From contig JAZONY010000001.1 in the NCBI GenBank assembly GCA_045654705.1, positions 2,156 to 66,155 on the forward strand: a stretch of 64,000 nucleotides of DNA, written 5' to 3'. The notes beneath the pieces are model-generated. The model saw only the letters and a program-made list of their open reading frames with translations, was not told the DNA's origin and did no database searches. Positions 54,294 through 61,735 of the stretch are shown here, in pieces. Origin of the DNA: Victivallaceae bacterium (lineage in GTDB: Bacteria; Verrucomicrobiota; Lentisphaeria; Victivallales; Victivallaceae). The translations under genes were made by a program, and so were the position numbers. Position 1 is the stretch's first letter. Every line of letters starts with the position of its first letter.

Positions 54294-55747
54294 TATTTCA
54301 CCTCCAGTGAACCGAGTTTCCCCGCCAGCAGTTCGCTTCCGGGTCCCTGTTTGGTCAGTTCTTCCATGGGGATACCGCTTTCACGGGAAATGATCTGCAT
54401 GATCTTGGGAGCGCAGAATCCCCCCTGACATCTGCCCATACCGGCACGGGTGCGGAACTTGACACCGTCAAGGGTGACATGTCCTCTGCGGACTGCGGCG
54501 ACGATCTCAGCTTCGGAAATAAATTCGCAGCGGCAGATGATCCTTGCGGCGAGTTTTTCGTCGGCGTGAAGTTTATCCAGTTCCTCAGGCGAAAGCTCTC
54601 TTGCCCGGTTTTTCGGGGGCAGGATCTTGCGGGGGGAGGTTTTTTCTTTCAGTTCCAGTCCGCAGCTGCCGAGGATATCTTTCACATAGATACCGATGGC
54701 AGGAGAAGCGGTCAGTCCGGGGGATTGGATGCCCGCCGCCTGAATGAGGTCGGAGCTTTTTTCAGAACGGGCGATGAAGAAGTCTTCATTGCCGGGCAGC
54801 ACGGGGCGCAAGCCTGAAAATGCCGCCACAAGGTCCCGTTCAGAGATGCCTTTGACCATCTTTTTGGAGTGTTCAAAGATGATCTCACGCTCATACTGCG
54901 TGGTATCGTTTTCCTGTTTGTCCCCGACCATGGTGGCGGAGGGACCGATCATGGTTGTTCCGCCTGCGGTGGGGATCACCAGCATACCTTTGGAACAGGG
55001 GGTTGGCACAGGGAAGACCACCTTTGAAGGACGCCCCGGAGAGGTGCGGTCAAGGAGATACTCCTCACCTTTGCGGGGGCAGATCTCAAACTCTTCGCCG
55101 CCGCAGATCTTTGAAACTTCATCGGCATAAAGTCCTGCGGCATTCACCACGAAACGGGCGCTGATCTTTCTGCCGTCGGCGGCACTCAGGGTGCGGTATT
55201 CTCCCTCTTTTTCAGAGGATTCGACCTGAAAATTGCGCCAGAACTCCACGCCGTTGAGTTCAGCGGACTCCACCAGGGCAAAGACATAGCCGTAAGGCTC
55301 GATGACACCGCCCCGGGGGACGAAAAATCCCGCCACGGCGGCATCGGTGAGTTTGGGTTCCAGTTCAAGGAGCCTTTCACGGCTGCACATCTCGATACCG
55401 GGAACTTTGTTGCCCACGCCTCTTTCATAAAGTTTCTGAAGCTGGGGGAGTTCCTCTTCGCTGTAAGCCACAACCAGAATACCGCAGCGGACAAATTCAA
55501 AGTCCAGCTCCTCTTTGAGAGCGTCGAACATCTCATTGCCTTCCAGCTCAAGTTTCGCCTTGAGCGTGGAGTCGGCTGAGTGGTGGAATCCTCCGTGGAC
55601 GATGCCGGAGTTGGCTTTGCTGACTCCGAAAGAGGCATCGGCACAGCGGTCGACCAGAGCGACTTTCAAATCAAAGTGTGAAAGCTGCCATGCGATACTT
55701 GCGCCTGTTGCGCCGGCACCGATAACGGCGACATCATATTGTTTCAT
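54293..55747 (-). CDS. FAD-dependent glycerol-3-phosphate dehydrogenase-like oxidoreductase with a BFD-like [2Fe-2S] domain
   Basis: DVAVIGAGATGASIA is the DAO-family Rossmann motif. The C-terminal ICRCEFISEAEI...CQGGFC is a BFD-like Cys pattern. The start forms an ATGA overlap with the HAD gene's stop codon. Confidence 0.75.
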   Translation of the reverse strand: MKQYDVAVIGAGATGASIAWQLSHFDLKVALVDRCADASFGVSKANSGIVHGGFHHSADSTLKAKLELEGNEMFDALKEELDFEFVRCGILVVAYSEEELPQLQKLYERGVGNKVPGIEMCSRERLLELEPKLTDAAVAGFFVPRGGVIEPYGYVFALVESAELNGVEFWRNFQVESSEKEGEYRTLSAADGRKISARFVVNAAGLYADEVSKICGGEEFEICPRKGEEYLLDRTSPGRPSKVVFPVPTPCSKGMLVIPTAGGTTMIGPSATMVGDKQENDTTQYEREIIFEHSKKMVKGISERDLVAAFSGLRPVLPGNEDFFIARSEKSSDLIQAAGIQSPGLTASPAIGIYVKDILGSCGLELKEKTSPRKILPPKNRARELSPEELDKLHADEKLAARIICRCEFISEAEIVAAVRRGHVTLDGVKFRTRAGMGRCQGGFCAPKIMQIISRESGIPMEELTKQGPGSELLAGKLGSLEVK

Positions 55748-56553
55748 TTTACGGATTTCTCCCACATTTCCTGCAGAACGCCCAGATCCTTCACGTTGAC
55801 ATGGGGCTTGCCTGATTCGGGGACATCATCACCGCAGGGGACAGGAGAGATCCAGGCGGTGTAAGCTCCGGAGTTTCTCCCCACGGCGATATCGGTTTTG
55901 AGACGGTCCCCCACCATGAGACACTGGTCGATGGTCACATTGCGCCGGACTGCGGCAAGGCGGAGCATTTCAGGATTGGGTTTACCCAGAACGGTCAGCT
56001 TTTTGCCGGTGGCATATTCGATACAGTGGGTGATGGCGCCGCAGTCGATGAGACAGGTGGGCTTGTCGCTGGGGCAGACCGGGTCGGGATGGGTGGCAAA
56101 TCCGGGGACTCCCTGCTGGATGAGATAGGAGCTGCGGCAGAGTTTGGGATAGGTCACATCACGGTCAAAGCCCAGGATCACCGCATCAGGGATGGTGTTG
56201 TCATCGACGATCTCAAATCCCGCCTCCTGAAAATGGAGCGCAGGCTTGGGCATACCGAACCAGTAGATCTTCTTGATCTCAGGATGGTTGGTTTTGAGGT
56301 AGTCGATACAGAAATCCGTTGAGGTGTAGAAGTTTTCAGCGGTGGCGGGAACCTGCATACGGGTCAGTTTTTCCACATATTCAGGGGTGCTGAAAGAGGA
56401 GTTGTTGGTGATGAAAGCGTAGTTGATGTTGCGGCTTTTGAGGAAGTTCAGAAAGGGCAGCGTGCAATCGTAAAGGTGGTCGCCTTCGTAGATAGTTCCG
56501 TCCATATCCAGAAAAACCTGGCGCAGATTGGCAAAATCGATATTTCCGGGCAT
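55744..56553 (-). CDS. HAD-IIA family phosphatase (NagD/PGP-like)
   Basis: Contains the DxDGT motif (FLDMDGTIYEG), then FITNNSS, and GKP...MVGDRLKTD. Confidence 0.75.
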   Translation of the reverse strand: MPGNIDFANLRQVFLDMDGTIYEGDHLYDCTLPFLNFLKSRNINYAFITNNSSFSTPEYVEKLTRMQVPATAENFYTSTDFCIDYLKTNHPEIKKIYWFGMPKPALHFQEAGFEIVDDNTIPDAVILGFDRDVTYPKLCRSSYLIQQGVPGFATHPDPVCPSDKPTCLIDCGAITHCIEYATGKKLTVLGKPNPEMLRLAAVRRNVTIDQCLMVGDRLKTDIAVGRNSGAYTAWISPVPCGDDVPESGKPHVNVKDLGVLQEMWEKSVK

Positions 56554-56597
56554 AATAGTCTCCTTGACTTAAATTATGTTTACTTTGTTGTTTACTT

Positions 56598-56626
56598 AAT
56601 ATAAACCGTACCTATATCAATTTCAA
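56598..56626 (-). promoter_or_regulatory. Promoter of the HAD / G3P-dehydrogenase-like operon
   Basis: On the minus strand, TTGAAA-N17-TATATT. Confidence 0.6.
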
Positions 56627-56676
56627 GCACATCCGGAGCCAAGATAAAAAAAAGAGAAAAATTTTTTGATTTCCAC

Positions 56677-56705
56677 TTGCTTTTTCAAAAGGGAGAGATT
56701 ATATT
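56677..56705 (+). promoter_or_regulatory. Promoter P1 upstream of the long hairpin RNA
   Basis: TTGCTT-N17-TATATT. Confidence 0.45.
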
Positions 56706-56731
56706 ATCCATGCAACAAATTAGTTTCAACT

Positions 56732-56813
56732 AACACAAAGCGGAACTTTGGCATCTCAAGGGAATTCCGGAACGCAGCCATCCGGAAGAGAAGCTCAAAG
56801 TTCCCTTTGTGTT
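56732..56813 (+). ncRNA. Candidate structured RNA: 82-nt extended imperfect hairpin
   Basis: AACACAAAGCGGAACTTTG pairs with CAAAGTTCCCTTTGTGTT. GCATCTC pairs with GAGAAGC. TTCCGGA pairs with TCCGGAA around a 9-nt loop. There is a 7-nt 5' bulge, AAGGGAA. It lies downstream of P1. Confidence 0.3.
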
Positions 56814-56905
56814 TAAGGGCAAAATCCCCCTTTGTTATTCAAGTCTAAATAAAACGCTCCCCTGGCATGTTTTGAAAAAGTTCGAAAAAAATTTTCTTTT
56901 TCCCC

Positions 56906-56934
56906 TTGACGGAAAGTCAAACAGGTGATATATT
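56906..56934 (+). promoter_or_regulatory. Promoter P2 of the ilv leader / ilvBN-ilvA operon
   Basis: TTGACG-N17-TATATT, about 38 nt upstream of the leader-1 ATG. Confidence 0.65.
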
Positions 56935-56971
56935 ACGCAGAAACAAACTTGTGAAAGAGGTTATTACAGTT

Positions 56972-57055
56972 ATGGATTTGTTTTTCAAAAACAGCATTAT
57001 TATTATTGCCATCGCCGCGATTATTATTTGCGACGGTGTCTTTCGCTGTTGTTGA
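56972..57055 (+). CDS. ilv leader peptide 1 (MDLFFKNSIIIIAIAAIIICDGVFRCC)
   Basis: It has an AAAGAGG RBS 11 nt upstream. Eight of its 27 codons are Ile. It is followed by terminator 57082-57117, and an alternative pairing exists. Confidence 0.75.
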   Translation: MDLFFKNSIIIIAIAAIIICDGVFRCC

Positions 57056-57081
57056 GAATCAAAGAAAAAGAATTTTTGAGA

Positions 57082-57117
57082 ACTCTCTGCTGCGAAAGAC
57101 GGCAGAGAGTTTTTTTT
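57082..57117 (+). terminator. Attenuator terminator 1 (ilv leader)
   Basis: An 11-bp stem ACTCTCTGCTG / CGGCAGAGAGT with loop CGAAAGA, followed by T8. The alternative pairing is GTCTTTCGC (57038-57046) with GCGAAAGAC (57092-57100). Confidence 0.8.
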
Positions 57118-57122
57118 GTGCC

Positions 57123-57281
57123 ATGAAAAAAGAAACAAATAAAACTTTTGCTTTTTTCAACCCTGCATCCGGCAATGCGGGGAGCTTTGCTGTGTCCGGA
57201 GTCTGCCGGAGCGCGTTCATTATTATTATCATTTCCATTATCATTTCCATTATTATTATTACGCCTTCCGGCACAGCTTGA
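57123..57281 (+). CDS. ilv leader peptide 2 (52 aa, ...SAFIIIIISIIISIIIITPSGTA)
   Basis: There are 12 Ile codons within a 14-codon window near the 3' end. The stop codon lies 25 nt upstream of terminator 57306-57345. The start codon is uncertain because there is no clear SD. Confidence 0.65.
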   Translation: MKKETNKTFAFFNPASGNAGSFAVSGVCRSAFIIIIISIIISIIIITPSGTA

Positions 57282-57305
57282 ACGTCAAAGATATCAATAC
57301 AAGTT

Positions 57306-57345
57306 CTGCCGGAAGGAAAAAATGAAACCTTCCGGCAGTTTTTTT
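57306..57345 (+). terminator. Attenuator terminator 2 (ilv leader)
   Basis: A perfect 11-bp stem CTGCCGGAAGG / CCTTCCGGCAG followed by T7. The alternative pairing is CCTTCCGGCA (57264-57273) with TGCCGGAAGG (57307-57316). Confidence 0.85.
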
Positions 57346-57379
57346 ATCCACCATTCCAGAGAAACAGAAAGTTGTAAAA

Positions 57380-59038
57380 ATGATCAGAACAGGAGCCAAC
57401 ATCGTCATCGAATCCCTCTGCCGCAACCATGTCGAAACCGTTTTCGGTTATCCGGGAGGGGCTGTACTGCCCATCTATGATGAACTTTACAAAAATCAGC
57501 ACCGTATCGACCATATCCTCTGCGCCCACGAGCAGAACGCCGTCCACGCCGCAGACGGTCATGCCCGTATTTCCCGCCGTCCCGGGGTGGTGATCGCCAC
57601 CAGCGGTCCCGGCGCCTCCAATCTTGTAACAGGGATCGCCACAGCCTATCTTGACAGTGTGCCTCTGGTGATCATCACGGGCAATGTCAACGCCTCGCTG
57701 CTCGGCAGGGACAGTTTTCAGGAACTGGATATCACAGGTGTCACCCGTCCCATTGTCAAACACAACTTTGCGGTCACATCGGTCAGGGAACTTGCAGGTG
57801 TCATGGATGCGGCGTTCCGTATCGCTCTTGAGGGCAGAAGAGGTCCGGTCCTCATCGACATTCCCAAAAGTATCCAGTGCGACAGCTGTTCTGAAAAAAA
57901 TTACTGTTCCCCCCTTTATTTCACCCATCCCCTGCGGCAGCCTGATCTTACCGCCGCCGTATCGGCGCTCAAAGATGCCGCCCGTCCCCTGATCTACGCC
58001 GGGGGCGGAGTTGTCGCCGCCTGTGCGTTTCATGAATTGGAGTCTCTCGCTGAGCGTCTGGATGCCCCTGTGGTATTCAGCATGATGGGACTTTCAGCAA
58101 TGAGTTGCGATCATCCGAAAAATGCTGGGATGTGCGGAATGCACGGTACTGCCGCTTCGGCGGAGCTTCTCGACAAATGCGACCTGCTTCTCGCCCTCGG
58201 CGTGCGCTTTTCGGACCGTGCCGCAGGAGACCCGGAAAAATTCAGAAAAAACAAAAGGATCATCCACATCGACATCGACCACAGTGAACTCAATAAAAAT
58301 GTCACCGTCGATATGGGCATCAGAGGCGAACTGAAAGAAACACTGACAAGAGTTCTTGAGCTTCTTCCCCGGCAGTCACGCCCCCTGTGGCACGATTTCC
58401 TTGAAAAAGTCAAGGGGACACCACGCCCCTGTGAAGAAAAATCCCTCGTCCCGCAGAATCTCTTTGCGACAGTTGCAGAATATTGCGGGCCCGATTGCGC
58501 CGTTGCAACCGATGTGGGACAACACCAGATGTGGACCATGCACCATTATCCGTTCCGCAGATCAGGCGCGCTTCTGACTTCGGGGGGATTGGGGACCATG
58601 GGGTACGGTCTGGGTGCCGCCATAGGGGCAAGTATCGCTCAAGGGGGCAAACGGGTGGTCCTTTTTACCGGTGACGGCAGTTTCGGCATGAGTTTGCAGG
58701 AGCTTGCCACAGCAGTCACATACCGCCTGCCCCTTCTGATCGTCATCTGCAACAACGGCGTTCTGGGCATGGTCCGGCAGTGGCAGACCATGTTTTTCCG
58801 GAAACGCTACTCCTGCTCCACGTTGAACCGGCAGACCGATTTTCCCGCTCTTGCCCGGGCGTTTGGTGCGGAGGGGCAGAAGATCACCACCCTTGAGGAA
58901 CTGAAAGCGGCACTTTCCCATCTGTCCGCCGACCGTCCTCTTGTGCTGGACTGCCGTCTCGATCAGGATGAATTTGCGCTTCCCATGATCCCTCCGGGGG
59001 GAAGCGTTGAAGATATGATAACCCAAAAGGAGTTTTGA
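57380..59038 (+). CDS. ilvB: Acetolactate synthase (AHAS) large subunit
   Basis: It is a TPP enzyme with N-terminal GANIVIESLCRNHVETVFGYPGGAVLPIYD and the TPP motif GDGSFGM...NN. The protein is 552 aa. Confidence 0.9.
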   Translation: MIRTGANIVIESLCRNHVETVFGYPGGAVLPIYDELYKNQHRIDHILCAHEQNAVHAADGHARISRRPGVVIATSGPGASNLVTGIATAYLDSVPLVIITGNVNASLLGRDSFQELDITGVTRPIVKHNFAVTSVRELAGVMDAAFRIALEGRRGPVLIDIPKSIQCDSCSEKNYCSPLYFTHPLRQPDLTAAVSALKDAARPLIYAGGGVVAACAFHELESLAERLDAPVVFSMMGLSAMSCDHPKNAGMCGMHGTAASAELLDKCDLLLALGVRFSDRAAGDPEKFRKNKRIIHIDIDHSELNKNVTVDMGIRGELKETLTRVLELLPRQSRPLWHDFLEKVKGTPRPCEEKSLVPQNLFATVAEYCGPDCAVATDVGQHQMWTMHHYPFRRSGALLTSGGLGTMGYGLGAAIGASIAQGGKRVVLFTGDGSFGMSLQELATAVTYRLPLLIVICNNGVLGMVRQWQTMFFRKRYSCSTLNRQTDFPALARAFGAEGQKITTLEELKAALSHLSADRPLVLDCRLDQDEFALPMIPPGGSVEDMITQKEF

Positions 59039-59041
59039 AAA

Positions 59042-59275
59042 TTGGAAACATTTACCGTTGAACTCATCACCGTCAACAACTGCGGGGTGCTGCATCACAT
59101 TGCAGGAATTTTTGCTAAATGCCAACTGAATATCGAAACGCTTGACCTTAAACCCCTTCCGGAAGGTCTTTCGTGTATGCGTATCACCTTGCGGGGAGAT
59201 AGGACTCTGCGCACTCATCTGCTCAGACTTCTTTCAAAACTTTACGATGTAAAAAGTGCTGCACAAATAAAATAA
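59042..59275 (+). CDS. ilvN: Acetolactate synthase small (regulatory) subunit, ACT-only short form
   Basis: 77-aa protein with a TTG start. The ACT-like segment is ELITVNNCGVLHHIAGIFAKCQLNIETL. It lies immediately after ilvB. Confidence 0.6.
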   Translation: METFTVELITVNNCGVLHHIAGIFAKCQLNIETLDLKPLPEGLSCMRITLRGDRTLRTHLLRLLSKLYDVKSAAQIK

Positions 59276-59287
59276 GGAGTATTGACC

Positions 59288-60481
59288 ATGCTGACACTGG
59301 ACAAAGTATATCATGCCGCTTGTGTGCTTTCACAAGTGGCGAGAAAAACCGACATGATCGACAGCTGCGGACTGCGGCGTGATTGTGAACTGAAATTCAA
59401 AGCGGAAAATCTTCAAGTCACAGGCTCTTTCAAACTTCGCGGAGCCTATTTCAAGATCTCCACCCTAGCAGGAGACTCCCCCAACCGCGAGATCATCGCC
59501 TGTTCCGCCGGAAACCACTCCCAGGGTGTCGCCTATGCCGCACGGGCATTGAAGCGCAAAGCGGTGATTTTCATGCCTGCCACCGCCCCCATTTCAAAGG
59601 TCGAAGCCACCCGCAAACTGGGAGCGCAGGTCCATCTCGTTGACGGCGTTTACGATGATGCCGCCAACGCCGCAGAAAATTATTGCCGCACGACAGGGGG
59701 CATCTTTGTCCACCCCTTTGACGACGAAGATGTTATCGCAGGTCAGGGCAGTGTCGCACTTGAGATACTGGAACAATATCCTGATGTGGATACGGTTTTT
59801 GTGCCGGTCGGGGGCGGCGGCCTGCTGGCGGGAACAGCTTTCACAATAAAACAGCTGAAGCCTGACTGCAAAGTTTACGGCGTTCAGGCTGAGGGTGCCC
59901 CCGGCATGTACAAAGCCTTTGCGGAAAAATCCCCTGTCACTCTGCCTCATGTATCCACCTTTGCCGACGGCATCGCCGTCAAACGCCCCGGAGAACTCAC
60001 ACGCCGGCTCTGCTGTCAATATGCCGACGGCATCGTCACCGTGACCGATGATGAGATCGCCTCCGCCATCCTGACATTGATGGAAAAGCAGAAACTTGTC
60101 GCCGAAGGCGCCGGTGCCGCCGGAGTCGGTGCCGTGCTGGCAGGCAAACTCCCCCTTGCGGGGAAAAAGGTGTGCGCCCTCATTTCAGGGGGGAACATCG
60201 ACGTCAACATTCTTTCAAGGGTCATCAACCGGGGACTCCTTTCAAGCGGCAGACGGGCGGAGCTGAAAATCGCCATGCTGGATAAACCGGGGCAGCTCCA
60301 TGAAGTTTCGGGCATCATCGCCCGATGCGGTGCCAATGTGGTCCAGGTGCGCCACGATCCCGGAGGCGAACATGCCGACATCATCGGATGTTTCCTCCAT
60401 ATCAAGATGGAAACCCGCTCCGCAGAACAGCTTGAAGAAATCAGAACTGCCCTGACGGATGCGGGTTACAAACTGGTGTGA
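59288..60481 (+). CDS. ilvA: Threonine ammonia-lyase (threonine dehydratase)
   Basis: FKLRGA contains the PLP lysine. SAGNHSQG and GGGGL are present, and the C-terminus has a single ACT-like domain. ATG lies 8 nt after AAGGAG. Confidence 0.85.
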   Translation: MLTLDKVYHAACVLSQVARKTDMIDSCGLRRDCELKFKAENLQVTGSFKLRGAYFKISTLAGDSPNREIIACSAGNHSQGVAYAARALKRKAVIFMPATAPISKVEATRKLGAQVHLVDGVYDDAANAAENYCRTTGGIFVHPFDDEDVIAGQGSVALEILEQYPDVDTVFVPVGGGGLLAGTAFTIKQLKPDCKVYGVQAEGAPGMYKAFAEKSPVTLPHVSTFADGIAVKRPGELTRRLCCQYADGIVTVTDDEIASAILTLMEKQKLVAEGAGAAGVGAVLAGKLPLAGKKVCALISGGNIDVNILSRVINRGLLSSGRRAELKIAMLDKPGQLHEVSGIIARCGANVVQVRHDPGGEHADIIGCFLHIKMETRSAEQLEEIRTALTDAGYKLV

Positions 60482-60487
60482 TCCAAA

Positions 60488-60520
60488 GGGAAACAGGGGG
60501 GCTTATCTGCCCTGTTTCTC
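60488..60520. terminator. Hairpin between convergent ilvA and the GH5-like gene (no U-run)
   Basis: Stem GGGAAACAGGG / CCCTGTTTCTC spans the GH5 stop codon. Confidence 0.3.
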
Positions 60521-61600
60521 TGCCCATTCCTCATCGGCGTATTGGCAGAACTGTTTGATGACTTCGATCTCTTTGGGGTCGTAGGGGTGAAGACTGGGAC
60601 GGAAAAGATCGTGCTGCCACTTGGTGACATCGATATTGGTCCCTTCCCCTGCGTCGATGCGCCGCCACATGGATTCCCAGGGTTCGTAGGTTTGGGAAAG
60701 TCCAGCCACAAAGCCCCAGTTCCAGCAGCTGACCTTTTCCAGATAAAAGAGGGGGAACATCTCTTCCACGGTGTCGTGGAACGGTCTGTGGAGCCACTCG
60801 GTGTTGAGCAGAGGACGGTTGTGTTTTCTCAATTGGGCGATGTAGATGATATTGGAACGGTAATTGCCGTAACAGTGGTAACTGACCACGTCGGAGTTTT
60901 CCAGAGCCGCCTTTTCAGCCGCCTTGAAATTCCGGCAGCCGGTCCACACCCCGGAGGTCAGGGGCTGGGAGGGGTCGCAGGAGCGTGCCACTTCAAAGAT
61001 CTTCTGCACATGAGGGACTGAGATCTCATGGCGGTTGTTGTTGCCGGGTTCGTTGAAAAGATCCCAGACACAGATGCGTTTGTCATCCTTGTACTTTGTA
61101 ATGATCTCACGGACCATGTTGAAAAAAACTTCCGCCGTATCAGGTTCGTCAAGGATGCTGAATCCCACAGCATCGGGATGACTGCCGTGAGGGGAGTTCT
61201 TTCTGCCGCCGTGGTAGCCCCAGTCATACTCCTGAACGCCCAGATGCGGCGCGCGGTAGGCGGCGTTTTTAGGCACGGTGCAGTCGTTGCCGAAACAGAC
61301 CATGACGGAAATATTGTTTTTGGCGGCGACTTCGAGAAATCTTTCAAAACGCACCATGAAGGAGTCATGTTCACCGGCGTAAACGATGTGTTCGAGGATC
61401 ACACGGATGGTGTTGTAGCCGATGGAGCTTGCCAGAGCCAATTCCCTGTCGCAAGTCTCAAGATGTTTTTCAAAGTCCAGCTCCTGCCAGAAAGCGATAC
61501 GGTTGCAGCAGTCGGAGGGCAGAAAATTGCATCCTCTCAACCACGGTGTATTATTGTACCACTCCCAGACCTTTTCACAACTCCAGCGTTCCCGTGCCAT
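60503..61600 (-). CDS. Glycoside hydrolase family 5-like protein
   Basis: GYNTIRVIL sits in the first part of the barrel. WDLFNEPGN is an NEP acid/base motif, and a downstream NTEW is nucleophile-like. There is no signal peptide. Confidence 0.55.
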   Translation of the reverse strand: MARERWSCEKVWEWYNNTPWLRGCNFLPSDCCNRIAFWQELDFEKHLETCDRELALASSIGYNTIRVILEHIVYAGEHDSFMVRFERFLEVAAKNNISVMVCFGNDCTVPKNAAYRAPHLGVQEYDWGYHGGRKNSPHGSHPDAVGFSILDEPDTAEVFFNMVREIITKYKDDKRICVWDLFNEPGNNNRHEISVPHVQKIFEVARSCDPSQPLTSGVWTGCRNFKAAEKAALENSDVVSYHCYGNYRSNIIYIAQLRKHNRPLLNTEWLHRPFHDTVEEMFPLFYLEKVSCWNWGFVAGLSQTYEPWESMWRRIDAGEGTNIDVTKWQHDLFRPSLHPYDPKEIEVIKQFCQYADEEWAEKQGR

Positions 61601-61642
61601 AACAGAGACTCCTTTTCAAGATGATTATTAAGGTTTTCATAT

Positions 61643-61671
61643 AATATACAGCACCACAACTTTCAAGTCAA
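61643..61671 (-). promoter_or_regulatory. Promoter of the GH5-like gene
   Basis: On the minus strand, TTGACT-N17-TATATT. Confidence 0.6.
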
Positions 61672-61678
61672 GGGCTGC

Positions 61679-61718
61679 AAAAAAAGAGGGGGAGCCAAAG
61701 CATAAGGCGCCCCCCCCC
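61679..61718 (-). terminator. Probable intrinsic terminator after the 61736-63847 gene
   Basis: On the minus strand a GC-rich imperfect stem (GGGGGGGGCGCC / GGCTCCCCCTC) is followed by T7. Confidence 0.55.
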
Positions 61719-61735
61719 TTTCCGGAGTCGGATTT

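Noticed and set aside
56666-56848. 60-aa ORF across the long hairpin
   Set aside because: It has no RBS and an odd basic composition, and it coincides with a strong RNA secondary structure. I treat the locus as a candidate RNA instead.
57006-57281. 91-aa ORF from the track covering the ilv leader region
   Set aside because: It starts at a TTG inside leader peptide 1 and runs through terminator 1. Only its 3' part, from ATG 57123, makes sense, as leader peptide 2.
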